This document shows positions 61,004-64,000 of a stretch of DNA of 64,000 nt, piece after piece. This DNA comes from Carcharhinus longimanus (Eukaryota): positions 21,533,262 to 21,597,261 of the forward strand of contig JASCQW010000148.1 of assembly GCA_030264375.1 (NCBI GenBank). Reading direction: 5' to 3'. The notes below the pieces were generated by a model. The model was not told the DNA's origin, did not search any database, and saw only the letters and a program-made list of their open reading frames with translations. The translations under genes and the position numbers were made by a program. How positions within the stretch are numbered: the stretch's first letter is position 1; the number at the start of each line of letters is the position of its first letter.

Positions 61004-61706
61004 TGATAACGTGAGGATATGACATTTCACTCCAGGCATGTTTCTACTGACAAACTAAGAAGCTTTTATCAAGACAAACTTTATTTAACAATACAGTTTA
61101 ACTATAACAAATGAATTAGCTTAACGTTTATCAACTGAACAATCCTTAAACATGATAAGATACAGCTCCTCACTGCTAACCTATCTCAATTTGTTCCAAT
61201 TCAAGCAATATTTCTCTTATAGACCAAACTCCTATTCAAAACTAGTTAGCAGCATAGGCTTACATGCTTGTACTTGGGTTGCCAGTACTCGATCCTTCAG
61301 AACATCTCTTGAGAGAGAGACAGAGAGAGAAACCTATTTCTCCTAGCAGCTCCCAAACAGCAGCCTCCAGTGAGAGAGAGAGAGAGAGAGAGACACCTTT
61401 TGGCTTTCAGAACCCAACAGTGCTTTTCCCTGCAAGTTTCACTCCTTCCATTAGCACATGATTCTGTCTCTGCCAATAAACCTAATCAAAACCCTGCTCT
61501 GAGAAAACCAAATAAACAAAAATGCATGAACTCAGATTAAAACAAACACCTAGCTAAAATCAATCATTAGCCTTCATTCTTCGCTTGTGACCTGCCTGGC
61601 ATCTAAACAAATCGGCACCATGTGAAACAGAGCTGACTTTTAAACATACTCCATATGAGAAACATGATTAAAAAAAAATAAATTTCTTAACGGCATAATA
61701 TCATCA
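61004..61706 (-). mobile_element. Probable solo LTR-like repeat with (GA)n
   Basis: TGAT...ATCA termini, minus-strand AATAAA at ~61080-61085 and (GA)n at ~61372-61393. No TSD found. Confidence 0.45.
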
Positions 61707-61797
61707 AGGGATTGACTCAGCAGTCTACCCTTTGCGGAAGCTTGGAACCTCTCCCAGCAGCTTCTGGTATTCTGTTATTCTGTACAGTGGCGTTTTC

Positions 61798-61884
61798 CAC
61801 CAAATAATCTTGTTGGACTTTAATCTGGTGTTGTGAGACTTCTTACTGTGTTTACCCCAGTCCAATGCTGGCATCTCCACATCA
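61798..61884 (+). mobile_element. Penelope-like 3' terminal fragment
   Basis: Matches 36953-37039. Confidence 0.85.
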
Positions 61885-62035
61885 TTCTGCACATGTGCAA
61901 ACTCCAGAGATTGCTGTCAGTTTCAGTTAATAATGGTGAATACTGCAAATGTTGCCATTGTTACCAGCACAAAGTCATTACTTAGAATGCACATCTCCAA
62001 GATAAACCACCTTTCCGAGTTGGTAGAAATGACAC

Positions 62036-62570
62036 CAGTTCTAGTCACCCTACTATAGAAAGGATATTATTAAACTAGAAAGAGTGCAGAAGAGATTTAC
62101 TTGGATGTTACCGGGACTTGATGTTTTGAGTTATAAGGAGAGGCTTGATAGACTGGGACTTTTTTCTGCTGGAGCGTAGAAGGCTGACGGGTGATCTTAC
62201 AGAGGCCTATAAAATAATGAGGGGCATAGATCAACTAGGAAGTCAATATCTTTTCCCAAAGATAGGAGAGCCTAAAACTAGAGGGCACAGGTTTAAGGTG
62301 AGAGGGGAGAGGTACCAAATTGTCCAGAGGGGCAATTTTTTCACACACAGGGTGGTAAGTGTCTGGAACAAGCTGCCAGAGGTGGTAGTAGAGATGAGTA
62401 CAATTTTGTCTTTTAAAAGTGTTTAGATAGTTACAAGGGTAAGATGGGTATAGAGGGATATGGGTCAAATGCAGGCAACTGGGATTAGCTTAGGGGTTTA
62501 AAAAAAAGGACGGCATGGACAAGTTGGGCCGAAAGACTTGTTTCCAGGCTGTAAACCTCTATGACTCTAT
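62036..62570 (+). mobile_element. CR1 3' portion; TSD ATGACAC (62029-62035 / 62569-62575)
   Basis: ERRRLTGDLTEAYKIMRG..TRGHRFKV..FFTHRVVSVWNKLP; (ctatgact) tail. Confidence 0.93.
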
Positions 62571-64000
62571 GACACACTGGCTGAATTTATCAAGTTTTTT
62601 TTGAGATGTCTTAGAAGTCAAGAATATGTACAGTTTCATGTTAAGTAAAGGCATGTCTTGTTCCTAACTTTAAAAGTGGATTGCATTCAACATATGATTT
62701 TCTGGAGCTGTCTTTCTTTTAAAAATAGACACCAAATAGGCTATTAAGATGGCTGCCAATCATGAGGTGACATCCATAATTTCTGCAGACAGAGGATTAA
62801 CTTATGTCTGAAAATATCTCTAGAACGTTTCAAATGCATATGGTTTTCCCAGGTGCAAAAGAGACCATCCTTAGCACCTCAAGGGAAAGATTTAATCAAA
62901 TAAAATTTCCCAGCAAGCTAATCATACCCGGTATGTTGACGAGGTTTTAGTCATGCCCCCGCTGTATTTCAACAACCTTGGCTGCAACCTATTATGTGGA
63001 TAATGGGTTGGAGCCAAAGTTATTGAAATACACTGAAACTTGTCATCGTGTGACCAAAAACAGCTGCAGGTAACAAATTTATTATCCTGAGAACCAAAGA
63101 GAACCTGGACAGTCCACAAAGAGCGTTCACTGTAGAATAGTAGCTGCAGAAAAATGCAGTAACACCTATGCCTTTTTAAACCTGGGGACTGCTACATCTT
63201 AAAAGTCTCCCAGACTAATTCCTTTTCTACATCCAACTGTGGGAAAACTTGACCTCTTGATAAGAAAAGTGATTAACTTCTCAATCTGCTGAGCATCTAC
63301 CTCTGAGAGAGTCCTGTAATAATCCTGATGTACAACCCAGCTATTGAACCCACGTAAGTACTGCTTTCAGAGTGATTAGTGTTACCTGCAATGGCCTGCA
63401 ATGACTTTTTTTTTGAACAAGTCAAACACATGATCTATTCTTCTGTTGACAATTTGTAAAGGTGCACTGTTCTCTTGAACTGTATCCTTCTTTCTCACGT
63501 ATGAGTGAATGACATTGTGTTTAGACTTTTCAGCTGAATATGTGAATGAATAGTGCTCTTTATTTGATCTGATGGAAGCTTGCTGCTATAACAGAAATTC
63601 ACTGTGCAAAATCTGGGGTCTAAGAAACACACACATCTTCCTTTTCAAAAAAACCATACTGATAACAGACGGTAAGGGAAAGATTCAGGGTTTCAGTTCC
63701 CTCTCAACGCTGTCCAGAACAATAATGATGTTCTGCAACTGTCCACAGGTACAGTTGAGGATCAATTATTAATATAGTTGTGAGCCTCAATAAATGGGGA
63801 AAGACTCCGAGAAGGTCTGTGCATTTGATAATGCATTCTAAATGCCTACAACAGTTGGATTCTCATTTGTGTTTAAATAAACAAAGTGAGGAAAGTAAGA
63901 GTTCTCGATACGTATTGCAATATCATTGTCAATTTGTCCTATACTAGGAAACAAGCCTGTGTGTGTGAGTATGAGTGTGACTGGTTTAATTATACTGGGG

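Noticed and set aside
40019-64000. Expected next DENND1A exon (EEPITF...-like)
   Set aside because: No matching coding stretch found by eye; it probably lies beyond the window or in a gap.

Overview
Repeat-rich vertebrate DNA with scaffold gaps. The repeat repertoire (HE1/V-type SINEs, Deu-type SINEs, HER1/CR1, Rex1/Babar, L2 and Penelope-like elements) points to a shark or other elasmobranch. The window lies inside DENND1A (+ strand). Only two short phase-0 coding exons are visible (5133-5234 and 39893-40018), separated by a ~34.7 kb intron; the next exon was not found. Almost all ORF-track entries are retrotransposon relics, translations through N-runs, or chance ORFs. Items worth follow-up: (1) a 2.1 kb non-autonomous LTR element with a 5-bp TSD, a tRNA-Ser primer-binding site, a gag start and unexplained internal sequence containing a 22-23 bp minisatellite; (2) decayed minimal hammerhead ribozymes in three Penelope-like families; (3) a perfect 40-bp hairpin; (4) templated fold-back scars at a CR1 junction and in a SINE; (5) inverted young CR1 copies bracketing an exon; (6) several repeat-free, motif-dense blocks that may be enhancers of the DENND1A-LHX2 region. 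I see no convincing evidence of a wholly new protein-coding system. Repeat boundaries and family names were read by eye and are approximate.
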